Source: an uncultured bacterium (GTDB lineage Bacteria; T1Sed10-126). From it: a stretch of DNA of 19,297 bases. The notes under the pieces were generated by a model. It was given only the letters and a program-made list of their open reading frames with translations, was not told the DNA's origin and did not search any database. The DNA is taken from NCBI GenBank assembly GCA_964566495.1, contig CAZMIT010000024.1, forward strand, positions 1-19,297, in the 5' to 3' direction. A program made the position numbers and the translations under genes. Shown here piece after piece: positions 1-9,617 of the stretch. Positions within the stretch are counted from its first letter, which is position 1; each line of letters begins with the position of its first letter.

Positions 1-59
1 TTATAAGTGGTAACCTCGAAAAAAGCAACCTCACCGGCATTTATTGGACACCTTCCCAC

Positions 60-148
60 GTCATTCCGGACAAGGGACCATAGTGACCGCAGATCCGGAA
101 TCTATGATATATTCACGATGGATTCCCGGGTCGGGGCCCGGGAATGAC
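60..148. repeat. REP-like palindromic element (GTCATTCC...GGAATGAC) with nested stems
   Basis: Terminal inverted repeats GTCATTCC (60-67) and GGAATGAC (141-148). Internal stems ATTCCGGA/TCCGGAAT and ATTCCCGGG/CCCGGGAAT. Resembles widespread GTCATTCC-type intergenic palindromic repeats. Confidence 0.7.
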
Positions 149-372
149 AGAGGTGATTATTACGAGGTGGTTCCCGGAATGTTGTCGTTTCTTCCGGGGG
201 ACGGAGGTTGATTATTGACCATCATTAACTTTTTTAGCTCGCGGATTGGCGCGAGTGGGCGCAGGTTAGGCATTAACCTATCTGCACTACTGCGGGATTA
301 TACAAATTTTGCGTTCGAGCCTGCTGAAGTTATTTTCGGAGACAATCATTCAATCGATTCTCAAACATGTAG

Positions 373-1254
373 TCAGTCTAGCTGAAGTTCCCAGTGACCC
401 TCTTTTCTGCCGCCAACTCGCTTTAAAATTCCGTTTTCCTTTAGTTTGCTGATGTTTTTTTCTATTGCTGTAGTGCTTATGCCAATTTTTTCTGAAAGTT
501 TGTCAATTGTAATTTTCTCGTTTCTATGTATCTCCTGGCAAATTTTTTGTTGGCTTTGATTCATTTTCCCCAACCTTTTCCCAACCTTTTCCCAACCTTT
601 TCCCAACCTTTCCCGACGCTTTCCCGACGCTGTGTCCTCCTCTTCAAATTCAGGATGAATGGGTAGGGTTGCAAGGAAATAAGTGCGATCTTTGTCAGTT
701 TCAAAGCGGGCCTTCGGAGAACCGTTTTGTTGCATGTTTCTCCGGATCTTGGGGACGCCTGTGCTGCGGCCCTCGGAGAGGTCCAGTTCCTTGAGGAAAT
801 CACCAATTCTGCGATTGCGGTAACGCCGGGCGATAACTTTTCCCTTCTCAAAATCCTCCATTTTTACGGAGCGAACCGGTCCCAGAATACTCAGAACATT
901 GAGATATCCGGACCTCTATCGGTTCGCGTTCCTGGTAGCTCCGATGATAGACCGCATTGACGATGACCTCTTCCAGGGCGGGATAGGGATAGTTGTAGAA
1001 TCGCTCGGCTTCGGCCCGATCATCGTGTTTTATAACCCGCTCCTCTTTAATCCGGCTGGAGGAAGCACCGGCTTACCATCTTCGGCCTCAATACCGAGAA
1101 TCACGTAACCTCCGCCCAGGTTGTGAAAGTCATTGGCGAAGGCACAGATTTCCTGAATAGTAGATAGAGGCTGCCAGCCATTTTTAAATTCCAGTCTTTC
1201 CGACTCCACCGCTCGTCCGTGGATGAGATCATCCAAATTTACCGGTAAACTCAT
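373..1254 (-). pseudogene. AlbA_2/Schlafen-domain + ATP-binding (RecG C-terminal-like) + winged-HTH regulator, internally deleted and frameshifted
   Basis: 1254-1030 encodes the N-terminus (ESERLEFK...ICAFAN...GGYVILG...PVLPPAGL). At ~1050 another frame reads [50 protein letters not shown] second shift near 900 leads into GPVRSVKMEDF...RRYRNRRIGDFLKEL...EGRSTG and a C-terminal wHTH (LKRVGGRKEGHWE). Confidence 0.8.
565..630 (-). repeat. Six 11-bp tandem units in the linker before the wHTH
   Basis: Minus strand reads GCGTCGGGAAA x2, GGTTGGGAAAA x3, GGTTGGGGAAA. Confidence 0.85.
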
Positions 1255-1431
1255 AAAAAATTTCTTCCTTTTTTTGATCCTCTATATTTTTCGCTTGGTC
1301 TCGTATGAGAATTTTTAGAAATTATTGTGTTTCAACTTTACCAAAATAATTGGGATCAGGGAACAAATTAGAAGTGGAAAACGAAAACAGAAATTGGAGA
1401 TTATGGAAAAAACTTAAAGCCAGTACCACCT

Positions 1432-1479
1432 TGGTATCGTACTTTTGGTTTTTAAGGTGTTTGGCAATTATTTTTTTGT
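1432..1479. repeat. 48-bp direct repeat, copy 1 (contains the addA stop codon)
   Basis: TGGTATCGTACTTTTGGTTTTTAAGGTGTTTGGCAATTATTTTTTTGT; 44/48 identical to 8186-8233. Confidence 0.9.
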
Positions 1480-4400
1480 GTAGAGTAATTTACCCGTTTC
1501 TGTGAACAGTAGTGCTGTTTTGACTTCGGCGTCGGGCAGAGCTTTTTGTATTCCCTGCTCGTATAGTTGTAGTTGGTAGAAGTAGTGTTCAAAATCTTCT
1601 CGCAGTTCTTGCTCAGAATCTCTGCCGGTCGTGGAGTCCGTCTTGAAATCCACGATAGTTATCTCCTCTTCCTCAACCACCAGAAGATCTATAACTCCTG
1701 AGACAATTTCTCCGTCCCGGCGGTAGTTGACCGGATATTCTGTATGAAGCTCTACTTCTTCTTTTAACCAGCCTCGGCTGCTGATAGACTCAAGCGTCCG
1801 CTTGATGTCCTCCCGGGCCTCTTCGAGCCGGGGTTCTTCCATTTGTTCGCGGGCCACCTGATTTAAGACCGCATCAAGTCTGCCCCGCAATCTATCCAAT
1901 GACGAGGGAGCGGTAGGTTTTGGTGGGTCAGTAGACAAAATTAGCTCCAGGCAGCGGTGGACAAAGTGGCCAAAATCCATGCCGTAGCGACCATGTTCAA
2001 AATCATGGGCCCGCAGATTAAATTTATTACTCATTTTCTGGTGGGGATCCGTCCACTCAACCATTTCTTCGCGGACCTGCTCATAGTTTTTGTGCCACTT
2101 CTGCCAGGTTTGCTCCTGCCGGGCGGTTAATTCAGGATCGTATACAACTTCAGGTGAGTCAGGCCGGGACAGCGAGAAAGGCGGCTCAATTTCCTTCGGT
2201 CCTCCAAAATTGTATACTTCAGCCTCATCCAGAACTGGTCCAAACATATCGTTATAAACTTTTGCTTTTGTTGAATCACCGTCCATGGGCCAGGGAACTA
2301 CCAGCCGGTCCCGGGCCCGCGTAGCGGCCACGTAAAAGAGTCTCTTTTTTTCTGCTCCATCCATATCCTTCTGGCGCTGTTTGTAGGACTTAATCGGATG
2401 GTGTTCGACTGAGTAGCCGTGTAGATCCAGGAACCAGCGTTTCCCTTCCCGGTCAATCCCGGACGTCCCCGCGCTGCTTCTGCCCCCGCTTTCCGCGCCG
2501 TCAAATAGAACAACCACCGGGAACTCCAGACCTTTCGCCTGGTAGGTGGTCATCAATTTTACGGCGTCTTCTTCAAGTGAAGCCGGGGCGTTTATATCCG
2601 GTTCCGAATCAATCCACTCGCGCAGGCGCCGGGTAGCGCCGTCGTAATTAAGCCCTTCATTGCGGGCGATAGTATTCAAGCGAGCAACAAGGTGGTATAA
2701 GTTGGTCAGTTGCAGGGAACCGTGGGGTTGTGAACTTAAGTAACGGGCAAGGGCAGTTTCCTCCAACAGGTCGAGTGCTGTTTCTACAGGAGAACGAGAA
2801 AGGCGTCTTTTCCTCAACTCTGCCACTATATCCTCAAGCTCCCGGCGGCGACGGGCCGCTTCTTCCAGCTCAGCGGTTATTTCTTCCTCGGCCAACTGAC
2901 CTGTAACCAAATCGCCGTAATCAACGGCAAAAAATGGCGGACGTTCGAGGGCGGCACGGGCAACACCATCATCCGGGTCGGATATCGCCCGCAGGCCAAG
3001 GATAAATTGTTTAACCAGGTCGTCCTCGAGAAAAGTCGAGCCGCCGGACACCTGGACCGGAATTCCCTGGCGGGCAAATTCACGCAAATAGGCGCCAAAA
3101 TGTGTTGTCGCACGGCCCAGGATGGCGACGTCCGAATACTGGCAGGGTTTCTTTTCGGGCTCCTCCAGCGAAGCTTTCGGTTTACGCACCTCTTTTTCCG
3201 GCTCCCCGCTGTGATTGGTAAGCCAGCGCAGGTAAGCGGCAACTGCTTTAGCTTCCAGCTTAATAGCTTCAGGTTTATTCAAATCGTCCCGCTGGTAGGT
3301 CAACAGTTCAAACCGGCCCTGGTTATCGTTTTTCTTGAAGGGCGGACAGGTAATCACCGGTTCATAACGCGCTTCGCCCGTCGAAGAGTCATAACCTCTC
3401 TCATCCTCTTCGGATTCACCGAGATAACTCGGGAAAGCTTCATTATAGAGGGAAATGAGTTCCTCTTCACTGCGGAAATTGGTCTTCAGCAGTCCAATCA
3501 GCGCTTCCTGGTCTTTCATTATTTGATAAGCACGATCGTAGGTCTCAATATCGGCGCCCCGAAAACGATAGATACTCTGTTTGGCGTCACCAACCAGGGT
3601 TAAAATTCCTTCTCGCAACTGCACCTCTTCCCACTCGCCGGCTGCCTGATCAAACTTTTCTGAGAGATAAAAAACAATCTCGCACTGCAGGGGGTCGGTG
3701 TCCTGGAACTCATCAACAAGTATGTGGTCAAACTCCCCTTTCATACGCTCCCGAATCTCCGGTTTATCCCGCAATACATTTCGGAGCCGGAGCAGCAGGT
3801 CGGTCTGGTCAACAAGCCCGCGTTCCTGCTTGACCTGTTCGTATAAATTGACACACACCTTTCGTATTCCTTTTATCCGGGGGGCGAACCATTTTTTGAG
3901 AGGGAGGTAAATCTGTTCCTTAAGCGTGGGGTCATAAGGAGCATCATGGTCATGGCCGGCAAATGAATCTTCAGTGGTGACTGAAAGGGAAGCATTGATT
4001 TCCTTAACCCGGCGACAACTGAAATCAGCCGCTTTCAGATCGCCATATTTGCCACTTTTAGCAAGAGAAGAGATCTGATAGAGCGCGGCAACCCGGACAA
4101 ACAGTTCCTTCAGGTCATCGGCCTGGCGAGCTGATTCTATTAAATCTAATCCTTCCGTTGCCAGGCAGGTATCGCCGGCATATTGCTGTTTTGGTTTAAT
4201 AGAACTTACCAGCTCATGGCCCCGCTCCAGGGCGGAACGTACCTTCTTCTCATCGGGTGGTTCCGGAACAGTTTCAATTTCTGGGGCCGTGCGGCTGTTG
4301 ACCAGGGATTTCACAAGTGAATCCAAACCCGTATGTTTGCTGTATGAACTATACTCCCGGGTTTTCTCAGGCACGCCGGCTTCCAGCAGCAGCAGCAAAC

Positions 4401-4941
4401 TCTCTTCCACCGTGGATACATCCAGCTCCGGTGTTCCAGTCAATTCATCGGCCAGGTTCTCACGCCGGACCGCTGCCATCAGTCGGTCGTGAACCTCCCG
4501 GGTTAAGTTTTCCGTCTCCTCGACAACGGTATAATTAGGCGATATTTCAGATTCCATGGGGATTTCTCTGAGCAAGCGATCGGCGAAGGAGTGGATAGTC
4601 CCCGTAAAAGCCCAGTCCAACCGTTCCAATGCCCGGTCCAATCTTTCTCTCCTTCTCAAAGAGGATACTTTTTCGCGACGTTCAAGTATCCGACTGCGCA
4701 GACGGGTCTGCAGCTCACCGGCGGCGCGACGAGTAAAAGTAATGGCAGCTATCTTTTCAATATTCAGCGGTTCAGCATTTTCATCAGCCGGATCAATTAG
4801 CTCCAGGATCCGCTCAACCAGGGTGTAAGTTTTACCGGTGCCCGCACCGGCCCGCATAAAAACATTACCACGGTGCTCCATCAGGCGGTCGCGTTCCTCC
4901 TGGTCGGGCAGATTTTTTAGGCTGTATTCTTCCTCACTCAT
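1468..4941 (-). CDS. addA: AddA-like UvrD-family helicase with C-terminal RecB-type nuclease (1157 aa)
   Basis: Walker A AGAGTGKT, TFTRRAA, TIHSFA, LVDEFQDT, VGDAKQSIYRFRGA, TNFRS, QAKGLEF, RLFYVAATRA and nuclease motifs GVIDLL...VDFKT...QLQLY. The ATG at 4941 (MSEEEY) overlaps the upstream stop by 8 bp; the track start at 5118 is probably an over-extension. Confidence 0.9.
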   Translation of the reverse strand: MSEEEYSLKNLPDQEERDRLMEHRGNVFMRAGAGTGKTYTLVERILELIDPADENAEPLNIEKIAAITFTRRAAGELQTRLRSRILERREKVSSLRRRERLDRALERLDWAFTGTIHSFADRLLREIPMESEISPNYTVVEETENLTREVHDRLMAAVRRENLADELTGTPELDVSTVEESLLLLLEAGVPEKTREYSSYSKHTGLDSLVKSLVNSRTAPEIETVPEPPDEKKVRSALERGHELVSSIKPKQQYAGDTCLATEGLDLIESARQADDLKELFVRVAALYQISSLAKSGKYGDLKAADFSCRRVKEINASLSVTTEDSFAGHDHDAPYDPTLKEQIYLPLKKWFAPRIKGIRKVCVNLYEQVKQERGLVDQTDLLLRLRNVLRDKPEIRERMKGEFDHILVDEFQDTDPLQCEIVFYLSEKFDQAAGEWEEVQLREGILTLVGDAKQSIYRFRGADIETYDRAYQIMKDQEALIGLLKTNFRSEEELISLYNEAFPSYLGESEEDERGYDSSTGEARYEPVITCPPFKKNDNQGRFELLTYQRDDLNKPEAIKLEAKAVAAYLRWLTNHSGEPEKEVRKPKASLEEPEKKPCQYSDVAILGRATTHFGAYLREFARQGIPVQVSGGSTFLEDDLVKQFILGLRAISDPDDGVARAALERPPFFAVDYGDLVTGQLAEEEITAELEEAARRRRELEDIVAELRKRRLSRSPVETALDLLEETALARYLSSQPHGSLQLTNLYHLVARLNTIARNEGLNYDGATRRLREWIDSEPDINAPASLEEDAVKLMTTYQAKGLEFPVVVLFDGAESGGRSSAGTSGIDREGKRWFLDLHGYSVEHHPIKSYKQRQKDMDGAEKKRLFYVAATRARDRLVVPWPMDGDSTKAKVYNDMFGPVLDEAEVYNFGGPKEIEPPFSLSRPDSPEVVYDPELTARQEQTWQKWHKNYEQVREEMVEWTDPHQKMSNKFNLRAHDFEHGRYGMDFGHFVHRCLELILSTDPPKPTAPSSLDRLRGRLDAVLNQVAREQMEEPRLEEAREDIKRTLESISSRGWLKEEVELHTEYPVNYRRDGEIVSGVIDLLVVEEEEITIVDFKTDSTTGRDSEQELREDFEHYFYQLQLYEQGIQKALPDAEVKTALLFTETGKLLYTKK

Positions 4942-7900
4942 ACTCCGGCACATCCTTGCGGGCAAGAAATTTTTCCTGCCAGGAAGTTTGCTGATTCTTA
5001 TACATTTTTTTGGCTTTTTCCGGGGCCTGCCCGCCACAAACGGGAGTAAAGGGACAGTACTTGCAATCATCATCCTCTTCCGTCCGGGGAAAGTAGCCCC
5101 GATCCAGCAAATCCCCAACCAGATTTATCCAGTCGCGAGAACATCGGGCAAGATCGGCAAGCGGTAAGTCCTGCTCCTCCTCTTCCCAGGAAGAAAATTT
5201 CCTTTGGAAATGCCAGGGGGTCTTCGGATAGAGATAAGAGACCTCGGCCACCTCGCCCAGTTCTTCCTTTACAAGCCAGTAATAAAGACCAAGCTGAGCA
5301 TCCTGGTCATAGAGCAGTTTTTGGTCGGTTTTGGCCGAGCCGGATTTCAGGTCCCGGATGTAGTAACTTCCCTGCTTATCGCGCTCCAGCCGGTCCAGGT
5401 AACCCCGGATGTAAACTTCGTCCAGCTGGGAATGGAGGCTCTTTTCCAGTTCCATCTCCCGCCGGAAAATTACCGACTCCTCATTTTCAACCAACCGGCG
5501 GGACAATTCTATTAGATTCTCCAGCTCACGCTTGCGAACGTCTGCTCCAACCAGGGTGTGCTCCTCCATGAACTGCTCGAATTCATGCCGGCAGACTTCC
5601 TCAACCCGGCCGGCGATTTGCTTGCGGGAGGCCGGGCAGGAGGAGTAAATTTTTTCCATGCACCGGTGTAGCAACGATCCCTTGTCGAGAGATGATAGCT
5701 CGGTCACCGGAGGCGGTTCGGGAGGTTCACGGTAGGATAGGACTTTCTGCAACAACAGCCTGTGGGGACACTGCATTGCCTTTTTTAACGAAGAAGCGCT
5801 GAGTTCCCATTTCGCTGTGAGGCCGGGAATTATCCGCTCGGGAACAGCATCGGGCAGATGACCATCAAGCCCCGAAAAACAATCAACGGCCGCATTTTCA
5901 GCCTGCAGGCTGTCAATTCTATCCAGGTCAAGAACCAGGGAGCCGTCTTTCCAATACCCTGGTATTTTGGTAGTTTCTTCCCCGGTTTGGACCTGGCCGG
6001 AAGGATCCAGGGGATAATTGTCCCGAAGTGCCTTCTTTCTTCCCCTGGCCATTTCGGACTCCAGGTAACTGTCATCCGGTATCTCGTCTTCGTTTTTTCC
6101 GGCGGCCAGGGCCAGTTCAACAAAAAGACTTGAAGGGGCTCGCTTGATTCCCCCGCCGTCCTGGCGAACGGTGGTAAATACAGCCTGGCGGCTGGTTGAT
6201 TCAATTAACTGGTGCAGGTGCCGGAGCCGCTTTTTAACCCTGTCCCTGCTGGTAGGCAGCTGTTCCGAAAGCTGCTCGCGCAAGCGGTCGGGTAAAACTG
6301 GGTCCTGGCGGGGAACATCGGGAAGCTGATTCTCAGTTAGTCCGATTACGCGAAGCGCATCGAAACGACGATAGCGAGCGGAACTGATCGTGCCAATATA
6401 AATTCCTGTGCCGGCGGATTCCGGTGGGGGGAGCCGAATTTCGGTGAGGATCGCCTGGAGAAGACGCAGGGCTTCTTCGCCCTGGAGCTGTTCACCGGCT
6501 TCAGGAGGAATGCGCTCACCGATTTTTTCATCCACCTCTTCTCGATAATCAAAACGTGACTGGGAGGGAACCAGATACTGGCTCCAGAAACTGTTTATCC
6601 GGTCCCACAGTTCAGCCAGGGAAAGCGGACGGGGGCCATAAATTCCAGCTGCCATTTCAACGAGTTCATCTACCGCCGGTTTTGCCGCCTTCAATCCAGC
6701 CCGGCGGCGGGGATACAAATAAAAATCCCGCGGCTTTCTCTTGTCCTCTTCGTCCTCCTCAATTTCCCAGCGGTTAATCCGTTCTTCAAGTGTTTCAATA
6801 TAGCGATTAAAATCATCCTGCCAGCTATCTATATCCCCCGACCGGGCCCTGCTGGCACCAACCATCCCCGCCTGATAGATCAAAGAACGCCAGTGGGATT
6901 GGTTAAGCGGATAAACATCTTCTTCATAATCAAGATTCAATTTTCCAAGCAGACGAACCATCTCTTCCTGCCGAAGCGCCTGCTCCAGTGTTTTTAGCAG
7001 GAGAATAATATCAGGTCCATAGGGAAGCTCTCCCAGGGGAAAACCCTCTCCTGGTTGAAGAGGTACTTCTACCGACGGTTCAAGAGTTTTGATTCTATGT
7101 TTGAACTGATCATATACAGGACGGGCCAGCTCAGATTCCGGAACTAAGATACCGATTTTATGGGGAGGAATACCTTCGTCTAAAGCCTCCAAAGCCCATT
7201 GTATCGCCTGCTCGCGTTCCTTTTCCGGGGAAGCATATTCTTCGAAACGAACGGAATCGTCACTGGCAGGGGGCGGTGTTGGGTTGTCCTGGCGCCGGTA
7301 AAAATATCTTTTTATATTATCCAGGGCCCGTGGCTCCTCCGGTGCCGGAGGGAAAGAAGAGAATTCAGAAGCCGTTTTCAGCTCCAGAACCGGCCAGCCC
7401 GCTTGGCTGGCAACTTCTTCAAGTATTTCCTTTTCCCAGTCTGAAGGATCATCCAGAATTACCAGTCCCGGCGGAGCTGCTTCCGAAAGATTCTCTATTT
7501 CTGAAAGTCGATCCAATGCCTCAGTCGGTGATAATACAACCTCGCGTTCAAACCGATCACTCCAGCCCAAAAATTCTTCTGTTTTTTTCCATAATTTTCG
7601 TAAATCTTTTAACCTTTCGTCCTTAACTTCTTTGAAGTTTTCAGGTCGAATGCCGGCTCTCTCACATTCAGAAAAAGCCTGCGCAAAGGCGCTTGCGTAG
7701 CCGTGTCCCCCTCGCAACTGGTGGAATTCAAAATAGGATAGTTGATCTTGTATGAATTGATCTGATCCCTGGATTAAAGCTTCCAGGGCCAGTTCCCGAT
7801 GGCCGGTCTCGATCTTCAGGATTGATTTTCCTCGCTGGCTTAAAATCCGAGGGGAAACCTGTCGTGAAGTTATAATCTCCACTCCGGCTATTGCCTCGCG

Positions 7901-8053
7901 TTCAACAAGCAGCAGTTCGCGGAGACGACGCTTTAGTCCCAGAGCTTCCTGGTTCAGCACAATCCACAGGTTTGACAAAGGATCCTTCCTGAGCTCCTCT
8001 ACCCTTTCATTTAATTTTTCATCAAGTTCGCCCAGGGAAATATATTCAGCCAT
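4934..8053 (-). CDS. addB: AddB-like protein: degenerate helicase scaffold + PD-(D/E)XK nuclease with Fe-S cysteines (1039 aa)
   Basis: LSASSL...QCP, GSLLH, RGYLDRLE...IRDLKSG, QLGLY and CKYCPFTPVC (4-Cys Fe-S staple). Coupled to the addA-like gene. Confidence 0.85.
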   Translation of the reverse strand: MAEYISLGELDEKLNERVEELRKDPLSNLWIVLNQEALGLKRRLRELLLVEREAIAGVEIITSRQVSPRILSQRGKSILKIETGHRELALEALIQGSDQFIQDQLSYFEFHQLRGGHGYASAFAQAFSECERAGIRPENFKEVKDERLKDLRKLWKKTEEFLGWSDRFEREVVLSPTEALDRLSEIENLSEAAPPGLVILDDPSDWEKEILEEVASQAGWPVLELKTASEFSSFPPAPEEPRALDNIKRYFYRRQDNPTPPPASDDSVRFEEYASPEKEREQAIQWALEALDEGIPPHKIGILVPESELARPVYDQFKHRIKTLEPSVEVPLQPGEGFPLGELPYGPDIILLLKTLEQALRQEEMVRLLGKLNLDYEEDVYPLNQSHWRSLIYQAGMVGASRARSGDIDSWQDDFNRYIETLEERINRWEIEEDEEDKRKPRDFYLYPRRRAGLKAAKPAVDELVEMAAGIYGPRPLSLAELWDRINSFWSQYLVPSQSRFDYREEVDEKIGERIPPEAGEQLQGEEALRLLQAILTEIRLPPPESAGTGIYIGTISSARYRRFDALRVIGLTENQLPDVPRQDPVLPDRLREQLSEQLPTSRDRVKKRLRHLHQLIESTSRQAVFTTVRQDGGGIKRAPSSLFVELALAAGKNEDEIPDDSYLESEMARGRKKALRDNYPLDPSGQVQTGEETTKIPGYWKDGSLVLDLDRIDSLQAENAAVDCFSGLDGHLPDAVPERIIPGLTAKWELSASSLKKAMQCPHRLLLQKVLSYREPPEPPPVTELSSLDKGSLLHRCMEKIYSSCPASRKQIAGRVEEVCRHEFEQFMEEHTLVGADVRKRELENLIELSRRLVENEESVIFRREMELEKSLHSQLDEVYIRGYLDRLERDKQGSYYIRDLKSGSAKTDQKLLYDQDAQLGLYYWLVKEELGEVAEVSYLYPKTPWHFQRKFSSWEEEEQDLPLADLARCSRDWINLVGDLLDRGYFPRTEEDDDCKYCPFTPVCGGQAPEKAKKMYKNQQTSWQEKFLARKDVPEYE

Positions 8054-8147
8054 TAGAAATCATCAGTCCCATGACAAATTGTGAAGCTACTGCTTCCAAT
8101 CATAACCTACCGAAGTGATTTTTAAATCCCTTCCCCCCTCCCCTTAT

Positions 8148-8170
8148 TCCCCTCCCTCCGGGGGAGGGGA
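8148..8170. repeat. GC-rich REP-like hairpin
   Basis: TCCCCTCCC-TCCGG-GGGAGGGGA, preceded by a C-rich tract. Confidence 0.5.
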
Positions 8171-8185
8171 TATGCTTTGGCCTGG

Positions 8186-8233
8186 TGGTATCGTACTTTT
8201 AGTTTTTAAATTGTTTGGCAATTATATTTTTGT
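8186..8233. repeat. 48-bp direct repeat, copy 2 (upstream of addB)
   Basis: TGGTATCGTACTTTTAGTTTTTAAATTGTTTGGCAATTATATTTTTGT; 44/48 identical to 1432-1479. Confidence 0.9.
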
Positions 8234-8360
8234 ACTGGTTTATTCCCTGGGCCGCGAATTTGTAACCCAAAATAGATCTCTTGGATACCGTTTTTGATCG
8301 GTTGCATTAATTACTCTGTCCGGAGCGAAACTGTTATATTTGACAGTTGCTCTGTTTTGC

Positions 8361-8798
8361 TCAATTAAACAGTGGCGAATCCTGGAGGAACGGGTAGGCG
8401 GTCATGAACATATCGCCCAGCCAGCCGGCTGCGCCGAGGAAATAGAGAACAACCTGGAGTAACAGTAATCCGAAATTCAGGACTAAGTATGTTATACCGG
8501 CCATCATCCAGGCGGGCTGTTCGTCTTCCTCCTCTTCTTCATCATCTGTTTCTTCGGCCTCTCCGGTCGATTGTTTTCCAGAGATCACAAGAGCGTATAG
8601 TCCAATATAGAGCCCAAGAGATATAATCAAGGTGATTGCCCAGAACCAGCCGGTCGTCATGCCGGACCAGGCTAGCTGCTGGAGGCCATAAGCGGCAGAT
8701 ATGCCAACGTTAAATATTGCAAAAACCAGAGCAAGCAGAAGTAAAATAAGAACTATCAGTAACTTTGTCAGCGGGTTGCCATCGTCGTTACTAGCCAT
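8361..8798 (-). CDS. Hypothetical membrane protein (about 3 TM helices, acidic loop), 145 aa
   Basis: AGGAGG RBS 9 nt before the ATG at 8798. Three hydrophobic stretches and an EAEETDDEEEEEDE loop. Confidence 0.75.
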   Translation of the reverse strand: MASNDDGNPLTKLLIVLILLLLALVFAIFNVGISAAYGLQQLAWSGMTTGWFWAITLIISLGLYIGLYALVISGKQSTGEAEETDDEEEEEDEQPAWMMAGITYLVLNFGLLLLQVVLYFLGAAGWLGDMFMTAYPFLQDSPLFN

Positions 8799-8822
8799 TT
8801 TGATCAACCTCCTATTGAGTGT

Positions 8823-8912
8823 GAAAGTTAGAAAGTTTGAAAGTTGAAAAGTTTGAAAGTTGAAACTCCAAAAGTTGAAAAGTTAGAAAATTTGAAAGTT
8901 TGAAAGTTGAAA
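8823..8912. repeat. Degenerate 7-8 bp tandem repeat (GAAAGTT[T/A])
   Basis: About 11 imperfect GAAAGTT/GAAAAGTT units in the intergenic region. Confidence 0.85.
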
Positions 8913-8953
8913 CATGTTGGATTTGAAACGGTTATCGTTCTCAACCGTAAAAA

Positions 8954-8981
8954 TGGATTGCGGATCGCAGTCCGCAATGAC
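8954..8981. repeat. Half copy of the palindromic element at 60-148
   Basis: TGGATTGCGGATCGCAGTCCGCAATGAC has the same TGGATT-stem-loop-AATGAC layout as 119-148, with compensatory stem changes. Confidence 0.6.
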
Positions 8982-9053
8982 GATCTTTGGTTCACGCCCA
9001 TCCCTCCTTTCCTACATTGAAGGAGCGAAAATGGCAGCTATCAGAAGTAGCCA

Positions 9054-9506
9054 TTAACCTGACAAGAGCTGCAGTTGTTCGGCGGTGTGTTCTTTTGTTT
9101 CTACCGGCGGCACGCCTTCCTCATAAAGCTGAGTTGTAAGTTCATTCGCCCAGCTGATGAAATAGCGGGCCTGGCCTTCCATTATTTTTGAGGGAATTTT
9201 TATTTTTTTACCGTTTGTTGCTTCCGGGAAATGCTCCCGCAAACGATCCAGGTAATAGATTGTCCTGGGCACGGAAAGACCAAATTTATTTATCTTGAAA
9301 CCAAGATTTTTCATGATTGTAGCCCCGTTTTCTTCAAGACGAAAAAACTCAATTGCTTCTATTCCGGGAAGAAAATGGTATAGATCATAATGCACTTTTT
9401 TGACTCCGACAGGAAAATAAAAAACATGCTCGCGCTGCACGAGGGGATCAATCCAATCGTAGAAGGGCAGGTGATTGTAATACAGCTCTTGGGGAATATT
9501 TTTCAT
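9054..9506 (-). CDS. Hypothetical protein, 150 aa
   Basis: Open frame with a GAGG RBS-like sequence upstream and protein-like composition. No family recognised. Confidence 0.65.
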   Translation of the reverse strand: MKNIPQELYYNHLPFYDWIDPLVQREHVFYFPVGVKKVHYDLYHFLPGIEAIEFFRLEENGATIMKNLGFKINKFGLSVPRTIYYLDRLREHFPEATNGKKIKIPSKIMEGQARYFISWANELTTQLYEEGVPPVETKEHTAEQLQLLSG

Positions 9507-9590
9507 TTTTGGAACCTCAGGCTCTATAGATTTTTGATTGAAGCAATCACTATTTTAACTGGTAATCGATAAGATTTGTAAGGGGATTAA

Positions 9591-9608
9591 CAAACTACAT
9601 GTAGTTTG
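9591..9608. promoter_or_regulatory. Perfect 18-bp palindrome, candidate operator
   Basis: CAAACTACATGTAGTTTG, 85 bp upstream of the 9054-9506 gene. Confidence 0.45.
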
Positions 9609-9617
9609 GGGCAAACA

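Noticed and set aside
4942..5118. N-terminal extension of addA in the ORF track
   Set aside because: It overlaps the addB Fe-S region. The ATG at 4941 gives typical coupling and places Walker A near the N-terminus.
2298..7626. Many short antisense or alternate-frame ORFs (similar ones overlap genes in 10.7-19.2 kb)
   Set aside because: They are shadows of well-supported genes and lack motifs.
4934..8053. Cas4 call for the Fe-S PD-(D/E)XK nuclease
   Set aside because: Its size and coupling to a UvrD helicase-nuclease indicate AddB.
8331..8346. CTGT-N8-ACAG LexA-like box upstream of addB
   Set aside because: It is a single site ~280 bp from the start. That box is typical of beta/gamma-proteobacteria, and nothing here supports that taxonomy, so it may be chance.
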